A model generated the notes under the pieces. It saw nothing but the letters and a program-made list of their open reading frames with translations. It searched no databases and had not been told where the DNA came from. A DNA stretch of 48,264 bases, taken from Intoshia linei. Lineage: Eukaryota > Animalia > Orthonectida. The stretch covers positions 1-48,264 of the forward strand of contig LWCA01000138.1 of assembly GCA_001642005.1 (NCBI GenBank). The letters are read 5' to 3'. Numbering within the stretch: position 1 is the first letter of the stretch; every line of letters begins with the position of its first letter. The translations under genes and the position numbers were made by a program. Below are positions 23,580 to 36,800 of this stretch, in pieces.

Positions 23580-24440
23580 TTCAATAAAATTAGTTTCAAT
23601 TTATAATGATAATTATTATGTAATTATAATTACATAATGTAATGGGAAAATGACTCATCCAAAGTTCGCAATTTGGAAATAAGGCACTATTTTACAAAAT
23701 TTTTGTTGACGCACCGATAGGTCTCTGTTATCGTAAGTTCGGATCTGATGTTACACAGTGATTAAAATCTTATTTTTAACTCCAATAAGTAAACCACAGA
23801 TCAAAGATAGAAACACAAAAATTAAAATAAAAAGTATCCTTGAATTAGATCTCATTTGGAAATGATATACAAATTATCATAAGTATACATCGTGTATAAG
23901 TGACCATTTTGATAAATACGTTATATCAGTCAAAACATTTTTTATTTTAAATACAGTACAAAGATTCTGAGTCAATTTTGTTATTCTCAAAAATCCATCC
24001 CTAAGAATTGATTAACGACTGTGTAACCGATTGTCGCATCATAAAATGCAACCACCTGAATCGACCAACGTTATATCAAAAAAGGTAACTTAATCATAAG
24101 TTGCTAATCGCAACATTTAAAGAATTCCTATACAAGAAAATCACCATGGTTGTATGGTAGATTAATTTTCTGTGTCAATAATCGCTTAAATATTTATATA
24201 CACAAACGTAATTTTAAAATCAATGAATATACAATTTTAGTAGTGTTAATCTATATCGAATTTTTAATCCAGTGCAATTTGGAAGTTCCTAATTGGAACA
24301 ATTATTGAAAATTAAAAAACTAAACTAATAAAGTTTGGTCGTTTCCAGTTGTAAACCGGTTATAACTAGATTTTGATTGTAACATCGCTCACAAATTATA
24401 ATCGTTTTAAAATTTAAAAATCATAAAACTCAATTGAATA

Positions 24441-25637
24441 ATGTCTGACGATATAGTTGCACAATTTAAGGTATTTCAAAATATACTCAATATTTATTAA
24501 TTATTTCTAGTTGGTAATGGTTGGAGATGGTGGTGTTGGTAAAACTACCTTTGTGAAAAGACACAAGACTGGTGCATTTGAGCGTAAATATGTTGGTATG
24601 TATTTTATGAAACAATTCTTTATTTATATTTAGCCACGTTGGGTGTAGAGGTACACACTGTCGTATTCTACACTTCTAAAGGTCGTATCGCTTTTAATGT
24701 ATGGGATACTGCTGGTCAGGAAAAATTCGGAGGTTTACGCGATGGATATTACATAGAAGGTATTATTCTATACAACAATCTTTATACCTTGCATCCCTTG
24801 CCTTAATATTTATTAACCTGGTTACCATGACATTTTTTTATTCTATAGTATTCTCATGTGTACACAAAATATAAAGAAAGCTTAAATTGTATTACAGTGA
24901 AACCTCTTTATATACAAATTATCATGCTTTTAAAAATATATCAATTCTACATAATTTGTTTATTATATTTTCACATGTCAAAGTTTACGTTTTATAGAAT
25001 TTTTATGACACTTATCACGCTTTTTTGATCAAAATAGATAGATCATAATAATAGATCTCCAAAAAATAAATTAGTTGTTAAATTTTCAAAATCGTTTTTT
25101 ATAAAGAGGTTTCACTGTATTTATAAATATTGAAAAATATTAAGTCACCTCTGTGTCTCGTCGTATTATACTACTGATTTTTATACAAATTTCAATTTAA
25201 AAATTTTGATTCCATTTCATTAATATTTAGGACAATGTGCTATCATAATGTTTGACGTAACCGCACGGGTAACATACAAGAACGTTCCCAATTGGCACCG
25301 CGATTTAGTTCGAGTTTGTGAAAATATCCCAATTGTTTTATGCGGAAATAAAGTGGACGTAAAAGACCGGAAAGTAAAAGCAAAATCAATTGTATTTCAC
25401 CGAAAGAAGAATTTACAATATTATGACATTAGTGCCAAAAGTAACTACAATTATGAAAAGCCTTTTTTATGGTTAGCCAGAAAATTAACTGGTGACATGG
25501 AGTTGGAATTTGTTAAACAACCTGCTCTACTTCCTCCAGAAATTGACATTAATCCCAGTCTTATCAAAGCTTACGATGAAGAGTTAAAAGCAGCTGCCCA
25601 GCAGCCACTACCTGAAGATGATGATGACGACCTTTAG
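24441..25637 (+). CDS. RAN: GTP-binding nuclear protein Ran, 4 exons
   Basis: Exons 24441-24470, 24511-24595, 24634-24759 and 25231-25637: [43 protein letters not shown] and the acidic tail LPEDDDDDL. Confidence 0.99.
24895..25117. mobile_element. pogo/Tigger-like MITE in RAN intron 3
   Basis: TA|CAGTGAAACCTCTTTATA ... TATAAAGAGGTTTCACTG|TA: perfect 18-bp TIR with TA TSD. Confidence 0.92.
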
Positions 25638-25674
25638 ATCATTTTACTATTGTAATAAATTCATTTAATAAAAT

Positions 25675-28600
25675 TTACATGACATAATTTGTAATTATAC
25701 AATTTTTCCAAATTTCAATTATTTCCGTAAATGTGGATACTATTTCTCCAGTGAATGTATTGGGCGAGGTATATTTAGTCAACATTTTTTTCATATTGTG
25801 TTGTCTAGTTCCTTCCATTTCTTCGCCAGGTATAACGTATTCAATATTACCTGGGAAAGGGTAATTTGGTAAAATGTAAACATGCAGACCAAAGCAATCT
25901 GGTGTGGAATCTTTGTATTTTACGTTCAGAAAAATAGACGATTGATTGTATTTACATTTTATTATTGCGAATCGAGGTTCAAGGTTCATTATTTCATTTC
26001 TTAATTTTAACGGTAGGCAACTTTCAGATGTCTGCAATTTTGAAACCTCACCAGCTTGTATTACATCGTTTATGCTAAATAAATTTAATTTTTGATAAGA
26101 GCAGTGGTTCCCGATACAAATAGTGTACAAATAGATCCATATTTCAAAATATTTATTTTTTTTGGACCCCAAAGGAAACATGAAGTATATTTAAGTAAAA
26201 CATTTATGAAAAAATGTTTTCTCATAAGATTTGCTAAAATCGGATTTTTCAAAAAAAAATATTGGGAAAAGGGAATATTTCCCTTAAGTAAAGTGACCAG
26301 AAAAAATACGTACTATCAATTTTAGTTTATTTGGTGATACATGTAAAGCCAAAACTACTTATCTATGATGAATAAAAATAAACCTTCAGGGCTAAAAATG
26401 GCATTTCTTATTAATGGTGGGATTTTTGAAATAATAATGTACTGATCGTTTAGGCTTAAGGGTAAATCCCCAACATCTGCAAATATGCAATAAAAATTAA
26501 CAAAAGTTGATAATTTATATTTTATTTAAATCTTAAGGACTTCAATCGGGAACCACTGGATAAGAGCGTTTACTAACTAAAAATGGTCGTCGTAAAATAT
26601 GTAGAGCTACTTTACATTACTGTTCATATGGAATTATCAGTAATTATAATTATACAAAATTAAGAGCTATACAAAGTTTATATTTTAGTTCCCTGAAAAA
26701 ATAGTAAATAACATCGGATATTGAAATTGTTTTTGAAATAAAAAAGATAACCACAATAATTGTTGGCCACCTACATTAGATTCCGAATCATACTAACCAA
26801 CCGGGCGGAAAATTGATTATATTTATTCGTAAACGCTAATACAGTGGTTGCCAAAATGATAAAGCCACTCTTAATTCCATGATAATTTAGTGAATAACAT
26901 TCGTAATAACTCAAAATTTTACAATGTGATAGTATAATACATTTTTATATTAATTAGCTATTATAATTTTAATTTCCATGACTTAATTAAAAAATATTAT
27001 AACTTTTGATTTTACAATAAAATTTAAGCGACAAAATGATAAAACCACTGGCAATTAATAACGTTTATTGCACCATACCATTGATTTTCATCAATTTTCT
27101 GTGTCTAATTTATATCGTAAAGGAATATTGTTTTATAAAAAAATTTTAGATTAAAAATATAATATCAAATGGGTAAAGGTAAAAAATTAAATAACTTTGA
27201 AAAAGGGTAAATCCTAGCTTTATACAATGAAGGTAAGAGTTATAGAAAAATTGGTATTATTATTGGCCGATCCAAAGATGTAGTTAGAAATTATTGTATA
27301 GATTCCGAAGGATACGGTAAAAAGAAATCAGGTGGGAGGCCTAAATGTATATCACCACGAGATGAAAGGAGGCTTTTGGGACTTGCTACACGCGAAAAAT
27401 GTACTGCAACTCAGATATCTATTAAAATAAATAATGCTATATCTATTCGCTCCATTCAAAGAACACTCCAACATTCCGATTTATTTTTATTTTCCAAAAT
27501 TAAAACAATACCTAGATTATTAAAAAAACACTAAAAAAGCAGAATGCTTTTCGCTGAAAAAAATAAATTAGAATCGACGGATTGGTCCAAAATTATTTGG
27601 AGCGATGAAAAGAAGTTCAACTTAGATGATCCAGATGGAATTCACTGCTACTGGCATAATCTAAGACAAGAATCAGAATTCTTTTCTAAGCGACAAGCTA
27701 TGGGTGGTTCTTTCATGGTGTGGTGAGGGTTTTCTGTTAGAGGAAAGTTGACGTTGGCTTTTCTTGAAGGAAGGCAGGATAGTCACAAGTATCAAAATGT
27801 AATAAAAAAGTATTTAATTGACTCCAGAAGTAATATATTTGGCCCTGGAATTACATTTCAGCAAGATAATGCTTCAATACACTGTTCAAAATCGACAAAA
27901 TTGTTCATGAATGAACATCAAATACCAATTCTGGAATGACCATCATGTAGTCCAGATCTTAAGCCCATTGAAAATATGTGGGCATCATGGTAAGGCGTAT
28001 TTACAGGAAAGATGGGGAGATAAGACAGTTTTCGTCTAAATCGCAACTGAAGGCAGAAATAATTAGCGCCTGGGAGTCAATTGAGCCAATAATTTTGAAG
28101 AATCTTTCAAATTCGATGTCGAAACAATGTGTAGACATAATAAAATCGAATGGATGTAGTATTAATTATTAAATTATGTATTCATTTAATTGTTTTGTAT
28201 TCTGACTTTATTATTTTGTCGCTTAGTTTTTTTTAAAAAATTATAAAAGTGCTAATATTTTTTAAATGAATTGTGAAAATATAAATTTTAACAGCTAATA
28301 TAAAAATGTATTATATTATCACTTTGTAAAATTTTGAGTGATAAAGAATGTTATTCAGTTAATTATAACGAAATTAAAAGTGGCTTTATCATTTTGGCAA
28401 CCACTGTATATTGCATACCTATTAAATATAGTTTGTTTATTAATTGCATCTCTAATAACATTTCGCGTGTTTCTTTTGTAAGGTAACAAGTTTCCACGAT
28501 TCCAATACTCATACATTGCGGAACAAGTATTATTGGACCTGTAATTTAAATAATTATTTTGAATTCATTCATTTTACTCATATACAATTGTATTTATAAA

Positions 28601-30711
28601 TTTTTTGACATTAGTTAAAACAGAATGGCTCTCCTCCATTGATAATCTATTTAAACGTATATTTGAATTTACAATATTTTTATTACTCGTCATTAATAAC
28701 CCTTCGATAAATCTTATTAATTTCTTGAAATTCGTCACCATCCGTTAAATCTAATGATTACAATTAAAAATGATAATTCACAAATGACCAAGTGTACAAT
28801 TAAATTAAAAAAAATGCACTTACCTAATTTAGAATAACATGCAATGGTATAGTTCATTGACGGAATAAGACAACGCACATTAAATGACTTGTCAATTCTA
28901 AAAGGAAGATCCAGGCTTGGTAATTTGATTTGAGGTTCAGTAATTGTGGGAGTATCATGAGTAGTTGAAATTGCAGCACTGTATGATTTTGAACCACTTA
29001 AAACTGCACGTAAAATAGATTTTACCGGTTTTGGGGGAGTTTTAGATTTCGGTTCAGGTTCTTCTTTTTTGATTTTTGTCACTGTAACGTTTGTTTTTAT
29101 ACATTCTGCCATTAACGTAGATTTATCATTCTCAAAGATAACTATACTGTTAGGGGTTAGATTATCAATGTATCCTGTTTGATTATTATAGCAATGGAAA
29201 GCTAAAATAAAAATACTGTAATAATTTAGCGGCAATGAAAAAAACAATAGATAAATATGCATAATGCGACCCGATAGAATCTATCGGATAGATGAATAGA
29301 AATGTGTAGCCTAATCTGACTAATCAAGGTCGAACTGTTGTTTCGAAATTGAAACAAACACCCGGGCATTAAAAAAACTAAATTATAATTATACTGGTCA
29401 TGAAAACAAAATATGACTTCACCTCTAGAAATTTATGAAAAAAAGATCAGTTGTGGACCATATTATTTATTCAAAATTAAATAAGTTGTAAACTGGTGGT
29501 TTGTGAGATCAATTCCAGATTGGTTATTTTAATTTTAAATAGTATTGCTTTATAAAATTACCATTATTTTGTAAAGTAAATAATAATGTATCGAGTTTTT
29601 TTAAGTTTTTAGTTTCAATTGAAAGTAAAATATCTGAAAGTAGAGTGGTATAATGCATCTAAATTAATTTTTTTAAAATTGGTTAAAAATTATTTTTCAA
29701 CAGGAATGTGTAGATTTCTAGTGTTAAAATTTTGTCATTTATATCAACTGGAATAAGCTCTATAAAAATAATCTTTTATTAAAAATTTTCGGACAGTTAA
29801 TTATTTCACATTTTTTGTTTTAATAAAATAGTTTCGAAATAAAAAAAATGAATATTAAAATACTTTTTTGATAGTGAAGGCGTTAGTTATTGAGATTGAA
29901 ATTTTTTGTGTGTCTTAACATGATAGAACTGTACCATCTGTATTTTTTTTAAAATTCTAGGGCTGTTTTCATATAAAAAAGGATAATTTGTGGTTTTGGC
30001 CCTGAAGATATATTTTTTTAAATTTAAATTTATTATTTTAAAATCCGTATCAGAGTGTATATTTTTTTTAAATTCTTCAACTCGTTTGATTTTTAAAAAA
30101 AAAGGACAATTGGGCTTTTTGACCCGTAAGATGTGAGTTTGGGAGGTTGAAATTTATCTTACTAACACCCGGAAAAAACTGTAATAGAAATGTGAACTTT
30201 ATAAAATTCTAAGACTGGTAGTTATTGAAATAAAAGATAACACACACAAACAAACAATAGTATAGAAGGATTGATGAAGCATTTTTTTCAGAGTTGTACG
30301 GACTCAATAGTTTTAGCGTAAGTTAACATCATTATACAAAGTGCAATATGCTTGTATATATTATATTATTAAAATGAACATTCCATCAAAAAAATATTTT
30401 TTATTAATTTATTCGCAAAAATAGTGTCTGCCACGACTCGTTGGTCGTTTTAGATATATAAGATATATTTTATATATAGAAAATTACTTCATCTGCACAA
30501 ATGTAAAATAGACATTTTTCAATTGCTCTAATATTATATTTCGTAATTTCAAATTTAGCAAAATATTTAATCCTAATCAAAAATTAAAATTAAAATTAAA
30601 AATAAATTACAATTTGTCAACCAATTGGTAACGGCAATTTTTTGCAAAATTATCAGATTTATAACCATTCTTTTTGGCAGTTTCGATAATATGACGAATC
30701 AGTTTAGCCAT
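25675..30711 (-). CDS. MED15: Divergent Mediator subunit 15-like protein, multi-exon
   Basis: Phase-consistent exons give a KIX-like N-terminus (CRYQLVDKLIKYF...IRAIEKCLFYICADEMHYTTLLSDIL), a middle helical region, IFNSSTYFTT (cf. VFNHSLYRTF) and C-terminal LPLKLRNEIMNLEPRF...LHVYILPNYP...FTEIIEIW (cf. IPSVLQGEVARLDPKF...VPADYP...TALLNTW). The start ATG at 30711 is inferred. Confidence 0.7.
26102..26558. mobile_element. hAT MITE in the last MED15 intron
   Basis: TIRs CAGTGGTTCCCGAT / ATCGGGAACCACTG and a perfect 8-bp TSD GATAAGAG (26094-26101, 26559-26566). Confidence 0.93.
26842..28406 (+). mobile_element. Full-length Tc1/mariner (Tc3-like, IR/DR) transposon, 1565 bp
   Basis: TA TSD and perfect outer ends CAGTGGTTGCCAAAATGATAAAGCCACT. 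Imperfect TIRs extend ~210 bp with inner direct repeats (~27026-27052, ~28200-28226). Encloses a transposase. Confidence 0.97.
27169..28172 (+). pseudogene. Tc3-like DD34E transposase pseudogene
   Basis: MGKGKKL.., HTH, GRPK, WSDEKKFNLD, FQQDNASIH, SPDLKPIEN, with 34 residues between the second D and E. Four in-frame stops and one frameshift near 27978. Confidence 0.95.
29660..30270 (-). mobile_element. Helitron-like family copy in a MED15 intron
   Basis: Minus-strand A|TCCTTCTATAC start and a tgtttgtttgtgtgtg tract. Collinear with 1055-1320 and 4770-5200. Confidence 0.78.
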
Positions 30712-30824
30712 CAACTGTTCATGTACAATTCAATCTTAATCTAGAAGGAACATTTGAAAATATTTTAATTTTTAAAATGTAACTTGAAATAACTTTAGTT
30801 ATTATATTTTAATAATAATAAAGT

Positions 30825-33800
30825 TTAAGTTAACCCATTTAAGATACAAGTCATTAATGAGTATTTTTCAGAATTAGTCATCGGATTATCATTTTTTTTC
30901 AAATTACATCTAATATACTGGTATGTTTTTGAATTTCTTAAAATGATATACTTGATTATCACAACTATTTTGTGTGTTAAATTTAAAATGTCATTAATAT
31001 CTTTAAGAAGTGGCTAAGGTGTAAACAAAATTACATTTCATTTCGTTCCCTAAATTTTTTAGAGCATATTTTTATTTTCGAGGTGGTCTCAATTTCCCAA
31101 ATTTTGATCACATTTGAACTATAAAAAAATTATCACACTGTACAATGTAGCGTAGATCAACAATTGCTAGAATGAACAATTTATTTTACATATTTATAAA
31201 CATTATCTAACAAATTAAAAGCAGTTTCATAAAGATCATCATTAAAAAGTTCATTTTTGGTAACATCCAAATTTATGGTTGATAAATTCTAAAAATAAAT
31301 ATTTATTTCAATTTTATTAACACAAAGTAATTTAATATCAAACCAAATTCAAAGAATTTGTTTGCATAGCCATTAATTGTTTTATTGTAAAATCTTGTAT
31401 ATTTGTAGATATTTTTTTTGTATTTTTTAGCATGCATTCGTTTTCATATTCTATGATCAATAGTATAAAATACCAATAAAAATATAAAAAACCTCTATAT
31501 AAAAGCAAAGCTTTATCTTCATAATTTGATGAACTCGATATCTGAAAATTTGAAAATAAACGAACATTGTCCAAAAGTATCTATAAAAAATGTACTATTT
31601 ACCGAATCTTCAGTGTTTTTATGATTCAAGGGAATAAATATTTGGCTTGTATCATCCAGTATGTCATCATTGTTTTTGACTTTATCTTTATCGTCACAAA
31701 ATTCTAAACAATTAATAATTCATTTCATTTGACGCTTCCTTAACAGGATAAAAATTATCCGCGTGAATAGACAATCCGAGAAACTACGCACTGTTATGGT
31801 GTTCACTTTTTATACTTTTCGACAAAATTTTAGTACAACAGGGTCTCATTTTTCCAACTTGAGCATTAAAAAATTGTATTGATTTTGATAAGCCACTAAG
31901 AGTTTAGAGAGGTTGTGAAGGGCTACTAAGGACACTATGCAGTGTTTTTGAAATTTTTTTAGGGCCTATTTTTAATTTTCGGACGAACCCTAGCTCTGAT
32001 TTAAGGTTTTAATGGTAGTTAGATTCTTCATAACTAACCCCCACAAATATAGATAAATCTCAAAAGGAATTTAGTAAAGACCAGAATAAACGAGCTAGAA
32101 CTGAATTTTAAAAAACATGGTAAACCTATCCAATGAATCAGAGTCATAGAAACCAACCATAACTGAAATTATATCAAATAAATTATGTTCTATATTTATC
32201 ATAACATTTTCGTATTGATTTCAATAATTGTATTTGGTGAGGGTAAATATTAACCGACTTAATTTTTTGAATTTTTAAAACAAAAAAGGCACTAACGTGC
32301 AAAATGATTTTTTCTAATATAAAAAAGTGGACACATACCATAGTGTATATAAAAAATACCGAATAAATTTTCTCCATCAGAATCACATTTAATACTATCG
32401 AAATCACATATGATGAATGAATTATTGTGTTTAAATAAAAAGTTTTTTATTGTTTCAGTATCAAAAGATACATAATTTTCACTAAATATATAATTAATTA
32501 CGTAAAATGCAAGAATAATTACAAAAAGCAAAATTGATATTAAATATTACGCGGAAGAAGAATGAAAAATATTTTCGGGTAGTAAATATTTTGCAGATTG
32601 ATTTCTCTCCATAATCGTCTACATTATAATTATAGAATGTAAGTTAGTTTTTATGAAAATAGAAAAACCTCTTTCGAATATGTAGCATTTCCATTTCGAA
32701 TCAGTAGTCTCATTATACCGGCTACTAGAGCATGAATGCGAATTGTTAATAAATTTTCCAAATGGCTATTGAAATAATTGTTTTCATTTAATACGTATGC
32801 CTAATTTAAGGTGTAAATATTGGACATTTTCATAAACAGTCACTTTTATGTATCCATTTTAATGGATTCAGTACAACAGGGGCGGATTCAAGGGGTGCAG
32901 AATATGCAGTTGTACCGACTTCATAATATCGTTCTCCATGTTTAGTTATACAGTTTATTTTTTTAGATTTGTTTCTAGCTCAATTTTTTTGGATTTTATT
33001 TTTTGTTTGAATACAATTTAAATAATATAAATAGTCAAAATTCGAGAAATTAAATCGTTAATAAAATCCAAAAAAATTGAACTAGAAACAAATTTTAAAA
33101 AATAAACTGTATAACTAAACATCGAGAACAATATTATGAAGTCTGTACCACGTTTAAAAGCTCAAACGCCAATTTCCATTAAAATAAAGTTCACTTTTAA
33201 TTTTGTAATAGTATATATAAAGAAAACTTTAAATGGTCAGACTAACTTCACCGTTAGGAGTTGGCCGAAAATATTTTACAATAGTTATTATTTTAGTAAT
33301 ACTATAATTTTAATCCCTAAGGATATTTTTTCTAAATACCCATGAGACACCTTATTGTGCATGTAACAAAAGGCCTCAAGTCACATGATCAATTGTTCAT
33401 GTAATGACATGTAATGTTATGCGCCATCTATATTGTTTTAATAAATTAAAATGCAAAATGTTGAAATGCATTAATATTTTGGAAATATCATTTTTTTTAT
33501 ACTTGATCACTATTATACCTAAGGATGTTCAAAAATATAATTTTTTATTTTTTTTGAGACACCTCAATGCACAATGTGCATTCACATCTATAATTGACAT
33601 CTTTTTTTTGTGCTGATCATTTTTTTTATTTTTGCGAAAAAATACCAATTTGGAAACTATTGTATAACAACCTTCAAATGAAACTAAAAGAGACGCTTTA
33701 AAATCAAACTAGACGCCTTGATGTTAAAAGAGACGCTCTAAAAATTAAATATATAGCTCGCTTCGCTCGCACCCCATTAACTAGCCTCTTGGATCCGCCC

Positions 33801-36800
33801 TGTACAATGTCATTTTTTAAAGTAACAGTAACAAGTGGATTTGAGGAAGTCATATGTTGATGATTTTAAAATCGTTATCAGATTGTGTATTTTTTATAAT
33901 TCTAGGACTGATTCGAATTTAAATAAAAAAATAATTAGATTTTTGACCTTGAACGTCTCAATTTCTGAAAATGAAATTTGCGATAAAACATGACCCTCGG
34001 AAAACTAATAGAAATATGGAAATTGTAAAACTTGAATCTTCGTACCTTAACTTACAATAAACTAAAACAAATAAATAAACAGACATACATTTTTAACCAT
34101 TTCACTTTATATAATATTAGTATTATTATAATTATTAATTTATTATTATAAGTAAGGATATGATCTCAAAAAGTTGTCACATTTGGAGAAAGTCATCTAT
34201 ACCAGTGGTTCTGAACGGTGAGCGAATCGCATCCTTAGAGGGTCATTTTTCTGACAATTTTTCCTGACATAACTACTCTCTAAAAAGGATTCATACATTA
34301 TAAATTTGTCATAATCTTTACAAATTTTATTGACGGAAATCCAAAATAATTCTAAAAAATCTTGGTCATTTGATTAAATGAACGGTATCACATCCAATGA
34401 TTCATATATCCATCTTTCAAAATTTTCAAAATAATCAAAGGTTTATATTTAAATGGGCGTCTACCAAAAAAAATAAAAATCAAAATTTACCAACCCTTAT
34501 TGGAAAAATCTAGTTTCATGCGTAGATTCAAAAATTGACTAACACTCAAAATAGTTTATTTTATACATTTACAAATATTTGTGAATGATTGACTTAGGGG
34601 AGATTCTAAAAAAAGGGTTCAAAACCACCAACCTACACTAACACGCCACCCGTTCGAAATGGTCACTTTTCGAGGGTATATGGTATAAAGTATTTATTAT
34701 AGAGTCGAGCACATAAAATTTATGCTATAAAATTAATTTAAAACAATGAAATATAAAGTTAATAAAAACCTGTAAAATAAGAGCAATTTTATGTACATCT
34801 TGAAAAGCGGTATCAAGAATACCTAAATTTTGACAAAATCCGATAAGTACCCTCCACCACCAAAAGTAATGATCCAAAGTATTATTCGGTGAAATAGCAA
34901 AATGAAACAAAATTTTGATAAATTTTTTACGATTCTAAAAACATGATAAAATTTACACGATAATAAATAAAATCTCACCCTCTTCCATAATCCGATATCT
35001 TGCCGCGAAATATTTGAAACAACTTTTAGCTCACTCATTTCCGACAAATTATTATCCAAAAGTAACGGCAGTGCATCCAAACTATAATTAGAATCGACAT
35101 GCTCCATCGTTGGCGAATCAGATATTGTACTGCAATTTGAATTTTTTTTATACTTTTTCCTATTCAAAATGACCCACAAAATTTTCATTCCAAACAATCG
35201 TTCCTCTGGGTTGTTAAATCGACAAGTAAAAGATATAAGATTCATTAATTTTCCGGAAAAAAGAGTTGAACAATACTGAAGGTTTTGTTTATCAATGGCA
35301 ATCAATAACACTTGCAACAAAAACAAATTGAACGATCCATTTTTAGATGGTTCTAAATTCACATGGTCCACGATTGTGTTGATGAATCCATAAAATTGGT
35401 GAACATCTAAAAATCTAGAAATTTCATCGATTTTTTCCAATAAATGGTTCATTATTGTGGTTACATTGCTTTTATTTATATTGTGGTTGGATTCGGTAAT
35501 ATTTAAAAAATTTTGTACAAATTTTATCAACACTAGTATGGCGTTTGATAATGATACACCCAAACGATGTATTGAAGATTTTAGTATATGAGTGTATAAA
35601 AGTAATCTTTTAAATGAGTATTCAAAATCAATTTCATTTGTTTCGTTCTGATGAACTTTGGGTGAGAAATATTTTAAAACAAAAAATGCATACCTACGCT
35701 AAAAATAAACAATTAATAAAAATGAATGACATATCGGTGCTAACTGGACATAAAAAAGATAAATTTTCCATAAACCCCATGCCAATAAAAATATTTCATT
35801 ATTCAACCAAAAATTACCTCAATGGCAAAAATGATCATTTCTAGACAACGCTTAGTAAAATCAAAACTATTGTCCCACAACTGCATACTATTGAAATACC
35901 TAATAATAAAATATTTACACAAGGTTTAGATAATATACCACCCGTGAAAATTATAATACTTACGTTTCAACGCATAAAAGAAACTGGTCAATATTAACGG
36001 TTGTAGATTTTTTAACAAGAGTTTGAAAAATTTCTGTAATTTTAGTCAGACAAAATGAAATGTTTAATCCATTATTAATATCTTGAAACGATATTTTTTC
36101 TTGAGTTTCATTCAATCCGTCAAAACTTTCAGTTTTTTGTTTATAAAAATTGGGTGATTCGTAAATTTTTTCATATTTAGTATTTTTGTTTAAAAAATGT
36201 TCATAATTTTGAATGTTTTGCAAAAGAACAACCACCAATTTTTGAAGTATCTCGCCACTATTTATCAGTGAATCTATCGACATTTTGCGAAGAAGCGATT
36301 CTATTCCAATGAGTGAATAAAATATTCGGTTTCTAATTATTTATTAAATAAATATAAATGAATTGTATTTATATATTTTCATAAAGCATTAATTAAAACC
36401 AGAGGCTCTGGTCCAGAGCCATTTTAAAACTTACGCTAGTTTTTTATTTTTTGTGGTTTCTAGGTTATCGGGTAGTTGGCATATGGCAATATCACTAAAT
36501 TTGGACAGAAAAAAATTGTAAGATTGTTCAATTTTTAATTCGGCTTCAATGTACGAATAGGCTCGTAACTAAAGAATTTTAACGTTGAAAAACAATTTTT
36601 AAAAAAATTACAGAAATGACGCATTTATGTAAAAGGTCATCGCTTTTCGATTCAATAAGTTGCTTGAGCATTTGAAGATAATTACCGACAAAAACGTTCA
36701 AATTTGACGAAGAACGACAAGCGCCAAGTAAATGATCAGTAATATCAATTGATATCAACGCTGATTTGTACCGATAGACTCGTGTATCTAGCAACAAACG

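Noticed and set aside
23640-24040. snRNA, snoRNA, RNase P or telomerase RNA in the MICOS10-RAN spacer
   Set aside because: No complete box C/D pair, Sm site with stems, P4 pairing or telomeric template could be identified by eye.
26798-26841. Exon next to the Tc1 left end implying a 16-nt ancestral intron
   Set aside because: The upstream MED15 exon ends in phase 2, which gives a stop here. The 26574-26606 micro-exon fits both phase and homology.
27169-28172. In-frame stops in the transposase as evidence for stop-codon reassignment
   Set aside because: The stops replace different inferred residues (Q, K, G, W) and co-occur with a frameshift. Host genes terminate normally with TAA, TAG and TGA.
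30714-31120. Second, tandem KIX domain upstream of MED15
   Set aside because: I could not find a phase-consistent stop-free splice path into the MED15 frame. These exons fit the EFR3 3' end equally well.
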